Origin: Chiloscyllium plagiosum
Lineage: Eukaryota
NCBI RefSeq assembly: GCF_004010195.1
Contig: NC_057720.1
Coordinates: forward strand, 17,230,603-17,277,168
DNA length: 46,566 nucleotides
Reading direction: 5' to 3'
Part shown: one piece after another, positions 25,265 through 36,239 of the stretch
Layout of the letters: the number at the start of each line of letters is the position of its first letter
How positions within the stretch are numbered: the stretch's first letter is position 1
Position numbers and translations under genes: made by a program
The notes under the pieces: generated by a model
What the model was told of the DNA's origin: nothing
Database searches by the model: none
What the model saw: only the letters and a program-made list of their open reading frames with translations

Positions 25265-25720
25265 ATACTGAGGAACTACAGCAATGATGCCCTGTGGCTG
25301 AGATGGTGGACTTCCAACAACCATGTCATCTTTCTTCCTCCTAAGTATGACTCTAACCAGAGTTTCTCACTCCGAATTCCCAATGACTCCAATTTTGCTA
25401 CAGCTCTTGATGTCACAATTAGTTCAATGCTACCATAATGTCAAGGGCAGTCACTCTAACTTGCTGTTCTTAAGTTCAGTGCTCAAATGTTGACAAATTG
25501 ACCATGTTTGGAACAAGGCTGTAAATGAGCTTAGTGGGCTCATGCCGAAATTCCAGAGTATGAGTGAGCGGATTATTGATGAATAAGTACCAGGTGAATG
25601 CATTGTCAACAACTTCTACTTTCATGACGATTGAGCATAGACAAGGACAATAATTGGCTAGGTTGGCTTTATGCTGCTTCCCATGAATAGGACATATGAG
25701 GAAAATTGTGATGGAAGGAT
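25265..25720 (-). mobile_element. Old CR1/L2-group LINE RT fragment
   Basis: Minus-strand acagccttgttccaaacatgg and gagtgactgcccttgacat (TAL..TW; V.ALDI) RT-like motifs. Confidence 0.55.
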
Positions 25721-26246
25721 AAAACAGAAAATGGTTGAGCCTAGGGCACTTGCCTGAGGAAATCCTACAGTGATATCCTGACACTGAGATGATACCCTGC
25801 AAGATAACAATAAAACACAACATCCCAGATATTTTAATTTGGAGTGGGAAGACCACTCCCTGATTATTTCAAAAGAATGACATGAGAAAGAATAACAATT
25901 AAGACACAAAGAGAAAAGAACTGTGAATGAAAATAAGTTGAATTGTAAAATAGGGATATAACTTTTGAAGAAACCTTTGCAAATTCTGAAAAACTCAATC
26001 ACACTCTGATACTTTGCGTGAATTTATTTTTGAAATCTCACTTCAAACGAGCTGATAAATCAAATTTGTTCCAACCGAAGAACTACACAAACTATGAACA
26101 AAGACAACATTTCTGTTCAAGGACAAAATATTGATGACTTATCCAAGAAGGTGACCCAAATTCTCTCAGGTTCAGCAGCGATCACAATTTCAATCTACGT
26201 CTTCTTAACCCAGGTTTAATAAAGCCAAATTGTACAGCCCCTCAGT

Positions 26247-27302
26247 TGTCACAAAGCTAGTCCTTTTTTTCCCTAAAAGCTGTTCCTTGGCTCAAGGAGA
26301 CTTTGTCCTTGATACTTTTCAGAGGGGCAATAAACTGGGCTCCGATCAGTCTGGTTTGGTACAGAGATGAAAAGATTTTGGGAGGCCTTTTGTTTATATG
26401 TAAGCAGATGAGACTTCAGGCCAAGTGGTCATGCTTTAGAAGTGACATGTATAAAGACAGGGGAGTGCTCAACTCTCTAGGTGAGCTGAGCTGAGCTGAG
26501 CAGAGCAGGTTTAGTTCAGTCTTGAACTGGGAGGTTTAACAGGGAACTCTGGAAACTCTCTCTTTTCTGCCCTTCAACTTCAACCTGTAAGCACGTGTTC
26601 CATTTATACTGGTTTTTAAAGGGAGTTTACTTATTGGGACTGTTGTGTATATTCGGAACAGCATAATTAAGTCTAGTTGGATAGGTTGAGTTCTGTAGGG
26701 GTTCTTTATTCTGTTCTGTGTGTTTCATTGCATAATTTTGTGAATAAACGTTTGTCTGTTTTAAAATTTAACCTTACTGCAGATCCTCTTGCAAGGAATG
26801 CCTACCTTGAAGAAGTTCTCCTTCTCTCTCCACAAGTATCTCAGTGAGTCTCTCTCTCTCACTCCAACCCCCAAGTCATCTCCTCTGCCCTGAAGTTCTT
26901 ACCTTCCCCCACCCTCCTCTCTGACCTATTACCTTCATCCCCACCCCCATTCACCTATTGTACTCTTTGCTACCTTCTCCCCACCCCCACCCCTGTCTCA
27001 TTTATCTCTCCACCCTGGAGGCTCCCTGCCTCCATTCCTGATGAAGAGCTTTTGCCCGAAATGTTGATTTTCCTGCTCCTTGGATGCTGCCTTACCTGCT
27101 GTGCTTTTCTAGCACCACTCTAATCTCGACTCAGGTTTCCAGAAACTGCAGTACTCACTTTTGCCTAGTTAAAACCTAGTAGTCAATCTAGCTATTTTAC
27201 TCCGAGTAATTTTCACTGTACACTTACTGAAACAAAATTGCAAAGTAATGGTCTGGGACTGTCTGCTTAAGAATGTTGAGTGGTCTGGCCTAGTCTATAA
27301 CA
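26247..27302 (+). mobile_element. Probable solo LTR, interrupted by a Penelope remnant at about 26770-27168
   Basis: TGTCAC...TATAACA termini; TATA-like tataaa near 26450; AATAAA near 26744; TSD not clean. Confidence 0.55.
26770..27168 (+). mobile_element. Penelope 3' end/pLTR remnant with a decayed hammerhead motif (27038-27065)
   Basis: C-rich 3' UTR homologous to 22430-22600, then ctgatgaagagcttttgcccgaaatgttgattttcctgctccttggatgctgc. Confidence 0.8.
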
Positions 27303-29089
27303 GTGTCACCTTATGTCACAAAAGGTGTACTTTGGCCATATCTTTTCCAGCATGTTGCTCACTGAATACATCTACTGAGCCATCAGGAGAGAACCAAAAT
27401 CTATTTTTATTCAAATGACTTATTTTAATTTGAAGGGTTATGTGACAACTATGGTTCCACTTTTGTTGCTAACAATGTTCTCAAATGTATTTTTGATCTA
27501 GAAGGCAATCTGCTTCTATCCCACTACCAGCTGCTAATCTCACCTCAAACTTGGAGAAAATCCAATAATTAGTGAGGCATGTGCTTATTCCCCAAAATCC
27601 ACATTCATTAATCATTTTAGTTATTTTTCAAAAATGATTTCAAATGCCCCCTCCAAAATCAAGTGCATTCACTCCTACAAAGACAAAACTAACTGGTATA
27701 TAAACCTGATGCTAAATTAACAGTCATAATACCAGTTTGCATATGTGCACAATCCTGCAAAGTCAGTCAATTATTTGGTAAGAAAATGGTCCATAAGTCA
27801 GCTTGAAAAAGGTCAGTGATTGCAAGCTGCCAATTTGCCTAAAGTATAATGATGACTTTTGAAGTCACATCATTTTAGTTTATTAGTACCATGTTAAGTA
27901 TCTCAACAGCTTTCTCAACTAGGACAGTCATGATGATGAAATTAGCCTCTTTCTACATTATATATTTCTTTGATTCAAAAGGTGTGTTTGTGTAATTTTC
28001 ACTTAATGCAGTATTGACTAAATTGTTTGTGCATGTTTGGAACAAAATAATGCGATACAAACAACAGAAAGGAACTAGCAAGTTAGTATGCACTTAATGA
28101 TGAACAAAACATCCTTAACTGAGAATACAGGGACTTAAAAAAAATTCAAAAAAAAAATTTCAGATGTTGGACACCTCAACCAAAATAACAAACACAGAGC
28201 AAGCACTAAGTAAGCAAGCTAAGAGCCATAAGATGCATCCTGGGTAGATTCACAAAATGCATGTGCATCCCTGCATGTCCCTTGGCTCCAAAGTGTAGAC
28301 CTGAAGTGAAATGAGAGTTAATCTGAAAGCAGCTAATGATGTGGTGAGGCTAGTAAATTGACAATGCTAATTTAAATGGACAAAGGGCTGAAGAGGACAA
28401 TGTGCACTGAAGAGAAATTTGGAACCGCTTAGAAATTCAGCAAGTTTAGCTATTAAAAGATGCAAATACTTGGAAATAAAGTAGTCACTATTCAATAGAT
28501 TCTGAACTCACTGTTTAAACTTTAAAGCTGAGAATCATATTTTTCATTTTCAATGCTGAAAATCTGATTTTTCCATTGTTACTCCCTTTCCCTATCATTT
28601 GTAATACTGCCCACTCCATGGAGCAAACATTCTCTGTCTCTTGGTCAAATCATAGCTCAGAGAGTTACCAGAACTTCTAGAAACCCTATTAATCTAAAAG
28701 ATTAATAATCCTAGTTATATGTTTGCCATGGTATAATGAGAATAGAATTATAATCTCTTATTTCCAATATCCCAAACAAAAATTTGAAAGTGGGGTGTGG
28801 AATACCCACCTGAAACAGAGATAGTCAAGGACTGTCTTAATTTTTCTGAGTCGGAGAGCATAAATTGTTAAAGCTTTCCACTGAATGTATGAGAATTGGG
28901 GAACAAAACAATTTCATAACTATCACAAAAAGCAAAGCGAAATATTAGAAAAAAATGTTTTCATGCAGTGAGCCATTAAAACTTGCAATGTTTTACCATA
29001 ACTAGATACTGAAACACCATTACATTGTGAAAACATGTGTTAGAAAAGTAGAATGTAAAGATTACAGAACTAGGTTAGCATAGATTTAT

Positions 29090-29432
29090 TTTATTCATTC
29101 ATAGAATGAGGGTGTCACTGGCTAGGTCAGCATTTATTGCTCCATCCCTAATCTAGTTTAAGAGTCAACCACATTGTTGTAGGTCTGGAGTCACATGTAG
29201 GCCACATCAAGGACAGCAGATTTCCTTCATAAAGTGCATTAACAAATCCAATAGCCTTTTCTGACAATTGACAATGGATTCATGGTCATCATCACACTCT
29301 TAATTCAAGATCTGTATTGAATTCAAATTCCACTACCTGCCATGGTGGGATTTTAACCCAGGTCCCTAGAACATTACTTGGGCTTTTGGATTAACTGTCC
29401 AGTGATAATACCACTAGGTCATCACCTCCCCC
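29090..29432 (-). mobile_element. tRNA-derived SINE (same family as 6335-6640)
   Basis: Shared agagtcaaccacattg..gtaggtctggagtcacatg core; tRNA-like head at the right end. Confidence 0.75.
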
Positions 29433-29554
29433 AAATAAGCTATACCCCAGATAGGTCATTTGAATGACACCGAGCTGTCAAATTTGTGTAATGGAGGCGA
29501 AATCTTCTCACTCAGCAACTTTAACTTTTTCAGGGGTGGATTATTAACAGCTAT

Positions 29555-29800
29555 TCACCCTCCTAGCCAGATCATTCTCCACTCATTTGTCTGTCCTATC
29601 CCCACTTATCATTTACTCCTTACCCCTTCCACCCACCATATCTACTGTACAAAAACACCCATTTTCCTAGCTAACATCAGTTCTGAAGGGACACGAGATG
29701 CAAAATGTTAACTTTTGTTGCCAGACCTGCTGAACTGTTCAATCAATTTCTGTTTTTGTTTCTGATTTACAGCGTCCACAGTACTTTCATTTTTTTTTTA
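29555..29800 (+). mobile_element. Degenerate Penelope 3' end/pLTR
   Basis: cagttctgaaggg...ccagacctgctga...aatttctgtttttgtttctgatttacagc, homologous to 12580-12680. Confidence 0.6.
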
Positions 29801-29802
29801 AA

Positions 29803-30135
29803 AGTAGAATTGCATATCTTACTTGAATTCCAAAATTACTAGTTACTGCAAACAGTTTCAGCAGATATCTTAAAAAAAAAAAGAGCTTTTACAGACTGGG
29901 GTGCTTTTTAATCAGAACATTCAACAATTCAATAACTGGAGAGAATCTGGGCAGCACAAAACAGCACTACCCCTGAAAGTTTTCTAAAATCATACTGCCT
30001 CCTGCTAAGGCTGTCAGAACAGATTCTCCCTTGATTGACCAATTCAACATCCAACCAGCTACCAGCCCTGAGCACATAAACAGTTCAGTGCCAATTCATC
30101 TACAATGTCCTTAGATCACTAAGTTGTATTATCTT
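29803..30135 (+). repeat. Copy A of a diverged local duplication (copy B = 33561-33604 + 34301-34600)
   Basis: Shared blocks ctggggtgctttt, aacaattcaataact, cacaaaacagcac, actgcctcctgc, tgtcagaac, tgaccaattcaacatccaa, tgagcacat, tgtccttagat in the same order and spacing. Confidence 0.9.
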
Positions 30136-30518
30136 ACAGTTCAAGTACCACAGAGTTCACTTCAGTATCATAACTATTTGCTCAATTCCAACCTTAAGAG
30201 TTCGGTAGCCTCTTCCTGGATTAGTCACACAACTGAGATTAAGCTTTCTCAGCTAGAAATAATCCCATTAAAAAGGTTCTATGAATTCACTTCTGGTCTG
30301 GAACTTGCAAACCAAAATCCTTGCACTGACGTAATTTACTTTGTCAGTTATAAACAAACAAACTCCTTTCTTCAGGAGAAATCGTATCAGACATTTCACT
30401 TCAACCAAGATTTGCAAACTGAAAACAAAAACAAAAAAAGGTTTCCAATCAATAGGTTCCACCCAACACTAAAAACCTTGATCGTTTTAAACAGAAAGCA
30501 AGCTAATGCTCCTCACGA

Positions 30519-30900
30519 CTTAGAGGTTTATAAAATCCATGAAGGGCATAGATAGGGTAAATAAACAAGGACAAGGACTTTTCCCTGGGGGAGTCCAGAA
30601 CTAGAGGGCATAGGTTTGGGGTGAGAGGGGAAAGACATAAAAAGAGACCAAAGGGGCAACTTTTTTCACGCAGAGGGTGGTGAGTGTATGGAATGATCTA
30701 CCAGAGGAAGTGTGGAGGCTAGTATAATTGCAACATTTAAGAAGGTATCTGGATGGGTATATGACTATATGAATAGGAAGGGTTTGGAGGGATATGAGCC
30801 GAGTACTGGCAAGTGGGACTAGATTAGGTTGGGATATCTAGTCGGCATGGATGAGTTGGACCAAAGAGTCTGTTTCCGTGCTGTGCATCTCTAGGACTCT
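30519..30900 (+). mobile_element. CR1 LINE 3' end
   Basis: EVYKI.., tccagaactagagggcataggttt, ttcacgcagagggtggtg, and a CR1 3' UTR. Confidence 0.9.
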
Positions 30901-31073
30901 ACGTTTGCTCGGTCTGATCATAAAACTCTCCAAATGCAAACAAATCCCATGAATTCCTTCTGTTTTGTTATAAAAATGGCTCCAGAAAGCCTAACCAATT
31001 AAAGTTTGAGAGAAGATTTGTAGCTCAGGTGCTCATTGTTGTGGTTCTGTTCGCCGAGCTGAAAATTTGTGTT

Positions 31074-31113
31074 GCAGACGTTTCGTCCCCTGTCTAGGTG
31101 ACATCCTCAGTGC
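31074..31113 (-). ncRNA. Hammerhead ribozyme (type I, minimal) in Penelope pLTR
   Basis: Minus strand GCA-CUGAGGA-U-GUCACCU(AGAC)AGGGGAC-GAAA-CGUC^UGC: helix I GCA/UGC, helix II with one A.G mismatch, ACGU palindromic helix III, GUC cleavage triplet. Confidence 0.8.
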
Positions 31114-32053
31114 TTGGGAGCCTCCTGTGATGTTTCCTCCGGCATTTAGTGGTTTGAATCTTCCGCTTCCGGTTGACAGTTCCAGCAGTCCGTTGCAGTG
31201 GTCGGTATATTGGGTCCAGGTCGATGTGCTTATTGATTGAATCTATGGATGAGTGCCATGCCTCTAGGAATTCCCTGGCCGTTCTCGGTTTGGCTTGTCC
31301 TATAATACTAGTGTTGTCCCAGTCGAATTCATGTTGCTTGTCATCTGCGTGTATGGCTACTAAGGATAACTGGTCGTGTCGTTTCGTGGCTAGTTGGTGT
31401 TCATGGATGCGGATCGTTAGCTGTCTTCCTGTTTGTCCTATGTAGTGTTTTGTGCAGTCCTTGCATGGGATTTTGTACACTACATTGGTTTTGCTCATGC
31501 TGGGTATCGGGTCATTCGTTCTGGTGAGTTGTTGTCTGAGCGTGGCTGTTGGTTTGTGTGCTGTTATGAGTCCTAGTGGTCGCAGTAGTCTGGCTGTCAG
31601 TTCGGAAATGCTCTTGATGTATGGTAGTGTGCAAACACACACATGGGATTTTGTACACTATAATGGTTTTGCTCATGCTGGGTAGTGTACAAAATCCCAT
31701 GCAAGGACTGCACAAAACACTACATAGGACAAACAGGAAGACAGCTAACGATCCGCATCCATGAACACCAACTAGCCACGAAATGACACAACCAGCTATC
31801 CTTAGTAGCCACACACGCAGATGACAAGCAACACAAATTCGACTGGGACAACACTACTATTATAGGACAAGTCAAACAGAGAACAGCCAGGGAATTCCTA
31901 GAGGCATGGCACTCATCCACAAATTCAATCAATAAGCACATCGACCTGGACCCAATATACCAACCACTGCAGCGGACAGCTGGAACTGACAACCGGAAGC
32001 GGAAGATTCAAACCACTATAAATGCCGGAGGAAACATCACAGGAGGCTCCCAA

Positions 32054-32093
32054 GCACTGAGGATGTCACCTAGACAGGGGACGAAATGTCTGC
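32054..32093 (+). ncRNA. Mirror hammerhead copy carrying a CpG-type change (GAAAUGUC)
   Basis: gcactgaggatgtcacctagacaggggacgaaatgtctgc. Confidence 0.65.
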
Positions 32094-33604
32094 AACACAA
32101 ATTCCCAGCTCGGCGAACAGAACCACAACCTAACCAATTAAATCTATAAACCCGGTCATAGGCAACCAAAACTGATTTGCCACATTTTCAAAAGCTGAAC
32201 TCTAAAATAATAATGTTTGTATATCACACACCTTATACCACATTTTAAAAAGTAATCAAACATATACCTACATTCAAGATACATCTGTTTGGTTAACACT
32301 ATACTGGTTAATTGGACGAGAGTGAAATAAATTTGAAAGTTATCATTAGCTTACATAATCAGCATTCTTCCATCTACATAAGATTAGCAAACCAAATCTG
32401 TAGGGGATGGATTAGCTTCACATGGTGCATTTTTGCATTAGCTTACAAGGGTAAAACATTTTACAGTACAGATGTTCATCATCAAAACATCATGACAGAC
32501 AAACTGCATGAGATGCTGTTTTATGGAACATTGCTTATTCTGAACATCTAAATAAACCAGAATATTCATCTGGTTATTTCTGTAAGTAGCCCACCAATGA
32601 AGAATATTGCTTTTCCACTTCATTTCGAGTATATGCATATTGGAAGTTTGTTATATAAGTGTTTTTAAGTAAAGATAATTTGAGTTTTCAGTATGCCACA
32701 GGGAAAAGAAATTTCACCTTGACTCATCTCACAGGAGAAATGCTTTGTACACTGATTTACATTAATTATATAAACATGGAATGTTAGTGATAAATAGCTC
32801 AAGGCTTTTCAAAATTACATCTCATCTCTACAAGCTGGCAACATGCAGGGTATGATGACAATGATGATTTGAATTAGGATATTTGGGCAATGTATATTAA
32901 TTTGTGTCAGCAGACTTGTTGGCTATCAGTAGAACTTTAGAAATTCAATATCACATCTAAATAATTGCCCTAAAGTGAACTTTCTAGCAAAGGTCACTTG
33001 AAAACAGATACATGCCAGGCCTTGTATGACTTCACTCAGTAATCCAGGTATAAGGCAGTCCATTTCAATGCAAATGCTAAGTCTGCCAATCCAAATGACA
33101 TTCTGAAAGGAGGAAGGATTAAAAATTCTACAATAAAGTTTCCAAAGAAGAAAACAACTGCTACACTTTAAAAGAATGTTATGGCACAGGGATAGCAAGC
33201 TAAACCAAAAATCATCCTCACTATCACTGCATTCACAACACAATGAAATTGGAACATTCAACGATCTTCAAAATTGTTCAAATATATTTAACCAGACTTT
33301 ATAAATAACAGATCTTGGAAACCAAGTTTACGAACTTAACCAAAAATCAATAATTTTATTAATAATGTGCCTTTAGCAGAACAAATAAACAAGGCAATCC
33401 AATTAATATCTACATTCTAAAGCTCAATCTTTATTGAACACATCCCTTAACTCTGACAAAATAGTGGTTAAGGAGGAAAATAAAAAGAATTGTAAACAAA
33501 GTTTCAAATAACGGATACCGGGCCTATAGAAATCCTTGGATAGTGAGTTATTCACAGGCAAGCAGAATTGTATATCTTGCTTGAATTTCAAAGCTACTAG
33601 TGAT

Positions 33605-34300
33605 TGTTATGACATGGGATAAAACCTCCTGCTCAATTTGACCCAGCAACACAGAAAAGGTTTATCCTATGCAGTAATCTGTGAAAATTCGATAGGCCAA
33701 GAACTAGTTAAAGTAAAATTAACAACTTTATTTCTTAAAGTATAACAGAGGATAATTAATTAACTATTTACAACTCCTTCCTCTAACCTATCTTTTTACC
33801 TTCCCTTCTATAATACTAGTCCAATAAAACTCCCAATTAAAATTTACAAAAAAAAACTTCTTATCTCAAAAGCAGAGCGCTTTTGGTTCTTCTCTGTATT
33901 CCTATCTTCTTTTCTTCTTCTTGGGGATTCTGCTTCACAGGTTACTGATCGATAAAGGTACCTTTAAGAGAGCTATTTTTCAGGCAGACTTTTTAACATG
34001 CTGGTGGCTTGGCAGTTATCCTCGCAACTGTCCAATCCTCCTCAGTTTTATACACCCAAACCATCAGATTGTGTCATTGGTTTAAGATTGTCAATACACT
34101 AAATAACAACTTGATTGGAAGTTGGTATTTTCCGGGTATAATTTCAACTGATTGGCCAAATTCGAATTTGTTTTTGTCTCATAGCAACTCAGCCAGTGCT
34201 CTCTGTTCTGAACCAAATGTTACTTTGTAAATTCTCCAGCACTGTGCTTGCCAAGTCCTTCACTCTTAAAGTGATAGTACACCTCTACACCTTCATACCG
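33605..34300. mobile_element. Probable solo LTR inserted in duplication copy B
   Basis: TGTTATG...CATACCG (decayed CATAACA) termini. The paralogous copy A is continuous across this site (actagttactgcaaa), which defines the insertion and a degenerate 4-bp TSD (tgat/ttac). Confidence 0.7.
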
Positions 34301-34600
34301 TTACTGCAAATAATTTTAGCAGAAATCTAGAAAAATATTTACTTCTATCTTACACACTGGGGTGCTTTTTATCAGAATATGGAACAATTCAATAACTAGA
34401 AAGGAACTGAAGATCACAAAACAGCACCACTCCGGGAAGTTTTCAATGATCACACTGCCTCCTGCGAACATTGTCAGAACCGGTTCTCCCTTGGCTGACC
34501 AATTCAACATCCAAACAACTGCCAGCCTTGAGCACATCAACAGTTTGGTTCCAATTCGTCAAGAGTGTCCTTAGATTACTAATTAAATTGCATTATCATT
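34301..34600 (+). repeat. Copy B (main part) of the diverged local duplication
   Basis: Collinear with 29843-30135. Confidence 0.9.
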
Positions 34601-35147
34601 CCAAATCAGTTCCCAACAGAAAATATCTGTCTTTGTTCTTTTATAAGAAGCCGCTGTTGAAAGTTCATTTCTTAACTTGAAAACCATTCCAAACCAAAAA
34701 ATAATAGATAAATCGTGAAAAATAATCTGATAAACAACATTTTAAAGAATAGAAGATAGCAATGTCCCATCTACAATTATGTTGGAAGCTAAAAATCAAA
34801 GAATTAGGAAATGAAGCTTTTATATAACTAATTATCCTTACAGAGAAGCAAATTGTGATTTGTGTAGATCAGATTTCCAAGAACATTGGAAAAGAAACTG
34901 GTCTTTACCTTGGGAGTCGGGCTTTCATTTTGCCAGAGCAGCAAGGAGAGAAGGAGGAGTGAAGCTGCCGGGAAAGTAAGGGCTAAACCAGAGATACTAC
35001 ACGTGTAATATCTCCCTCCCATGCCCCCCCTCCTCTAACCGGAAGAAAAAGTCCCTCTCAGGTCATGCTTTTATTTCTTATCTTTCTTTTTCATTTATTT
35101 AAGTGCACTGTTTGGTTTTAGTTAGTTCATATAAAGCTAAGCTTACA

Positions 35148-36101
35148 ATGGTAGGGGCCCTCAGACCCGTGGCATGTGACTCTTGCTTGATGTGGGAGCT
35201 TAGGAACGTGTCTGATGTTCCTTACTCTTACACTTGCAAAAAGTGTGTCCAGCTGCAACTGTTGTTTGATCGCATGACTGCTCTAGAGCTGCAGATGGAC
35301 TCACTGTGGATCATCCTTGATGCTGAGGAGGTCGTGGATAGCATGTTTAATGAACTGGTCACACTGCAGGTTAGAATTGCTGAGGGAGACAGTGAATGGG
35401 TGACCAAAAGGCAGAAAAAGAGTAGGAAGGCAGTGCAGGTGTCCCCTGTGGTCATCTCCCTCCAAAACAGGTATACCATTTTGGATACTGTTGGGAGAGA
35501 TGGTTCACCAGGGGAGGGCAGCAGTTGTCAAGATCATGGCACTGTGTCGGGCACTGCTGTTCAGAAGGGCGGGAAAAAGAAAGACTCGTAGGGCCATAGT
35601 CAAAGGGGACTCTATTGTGAGGGGAGTAGATAGGCAGTTCTGTGGCCGAAAATGGGACTCCCTGATGGTATGTTGCTCCACAGGTGCTCGGGTCAGGGAT
35701 GTCACTGATCGGTTGCAGAGCATTCTAAAAGGGGAGGGTGAACAGCCAGTTGTCTTGGTGTATATAGGCACCAACGATATAAGTAGAAAGCGAGATGAGG
35801 TCCTGAAAGAATAATTCAGGGAGCTAGGAGAGAAGTTAAAGGGGAGGACCTCAAAGGTAGTGATCTCAGGATTACTACCAGTGCCACATGCTAACCAGCG
35901 TAGAAATTAAAAAATAGGCAGGATGAACACGTGGCTTGAGAGATGGTGTAGGAGGGAGGGGTTCAGATTTGTTGGGACATTGGGACCGGTTCAGGGGAAG
36001 GTGGGACTATTACAAAAAGGGACGGTCTACATCTGAACCAGACCGGAACCAATGTCCTTGGGGGAGTTTTTGCTACTGCTGTTGGAGAGGTTTTAAACTA
36101 A
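35148..36101 (+). pseudogene. CR1 ORF1 remnant: Cys zinc-finger/leucine zipper plus SGNH-type esterase
   Basis: CDSCLMWE..YTCKKCVQLQLL; GDSIVR; YIGTNDI; gacggtctacatctgaac (DGLHLN); stops and frameshifts present. Confidence 0.85.
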
Positions 36102-36239
36102 TGTGGCAAGGGGTTGGGAACCAGAAGAGAAAACAATTAGGCAGCGAGGTGGAGACTGCAGACTGTAAGAATTATGAAGATAGCACTAATAAAAGGAAAG
36201 AATAGGCAGAGAGCAGGTGAGCACAAAAGATCTGGTGGC

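Larger units (their letters stand above)
31004..32128. mobile_element. Penelope/Poseidon-type element: truncated GIY-YIG end arranged as a ~445-bp inverted repeat with a 34-nt tail
   Basis: ORF 31094-31642(-) LPYIKSISE...NVVYKIPCKDCTKHYIGQTGRQLTIRIHEH...AREFLEAW (GIY-YIG); arms 31038-31482 and 31683-32129; 14-bp TSD cctaaccaattaaa at 30990-31003 and 32129-32142. Confidence 0.95.

Noticed and set aside
34316..34540. Minus-strand hydrophobic ORF with a phase-1 GTAAG donor at 34353, compatible with the TGFBR3 exon acceptor; considered as the signal-peptide exon
   Set aside because: It does not resemble the short betaglycan leader and the donor context is weak. The paralogous copy near 29970 has an in-frame stop and mostly non-synonymous differences. 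RNA-seq junctions could reopen the question.
34828..35022. ORF with LLLLSLLLW and a nearby AAG|GTAAAG donor, considered as a signal peptide
   Set aside because: The leucine run is the antisense of the purine-rich CR1 5' region, and the donor is phase 0 in this frame, incompatible with the phase-1 acceptor.
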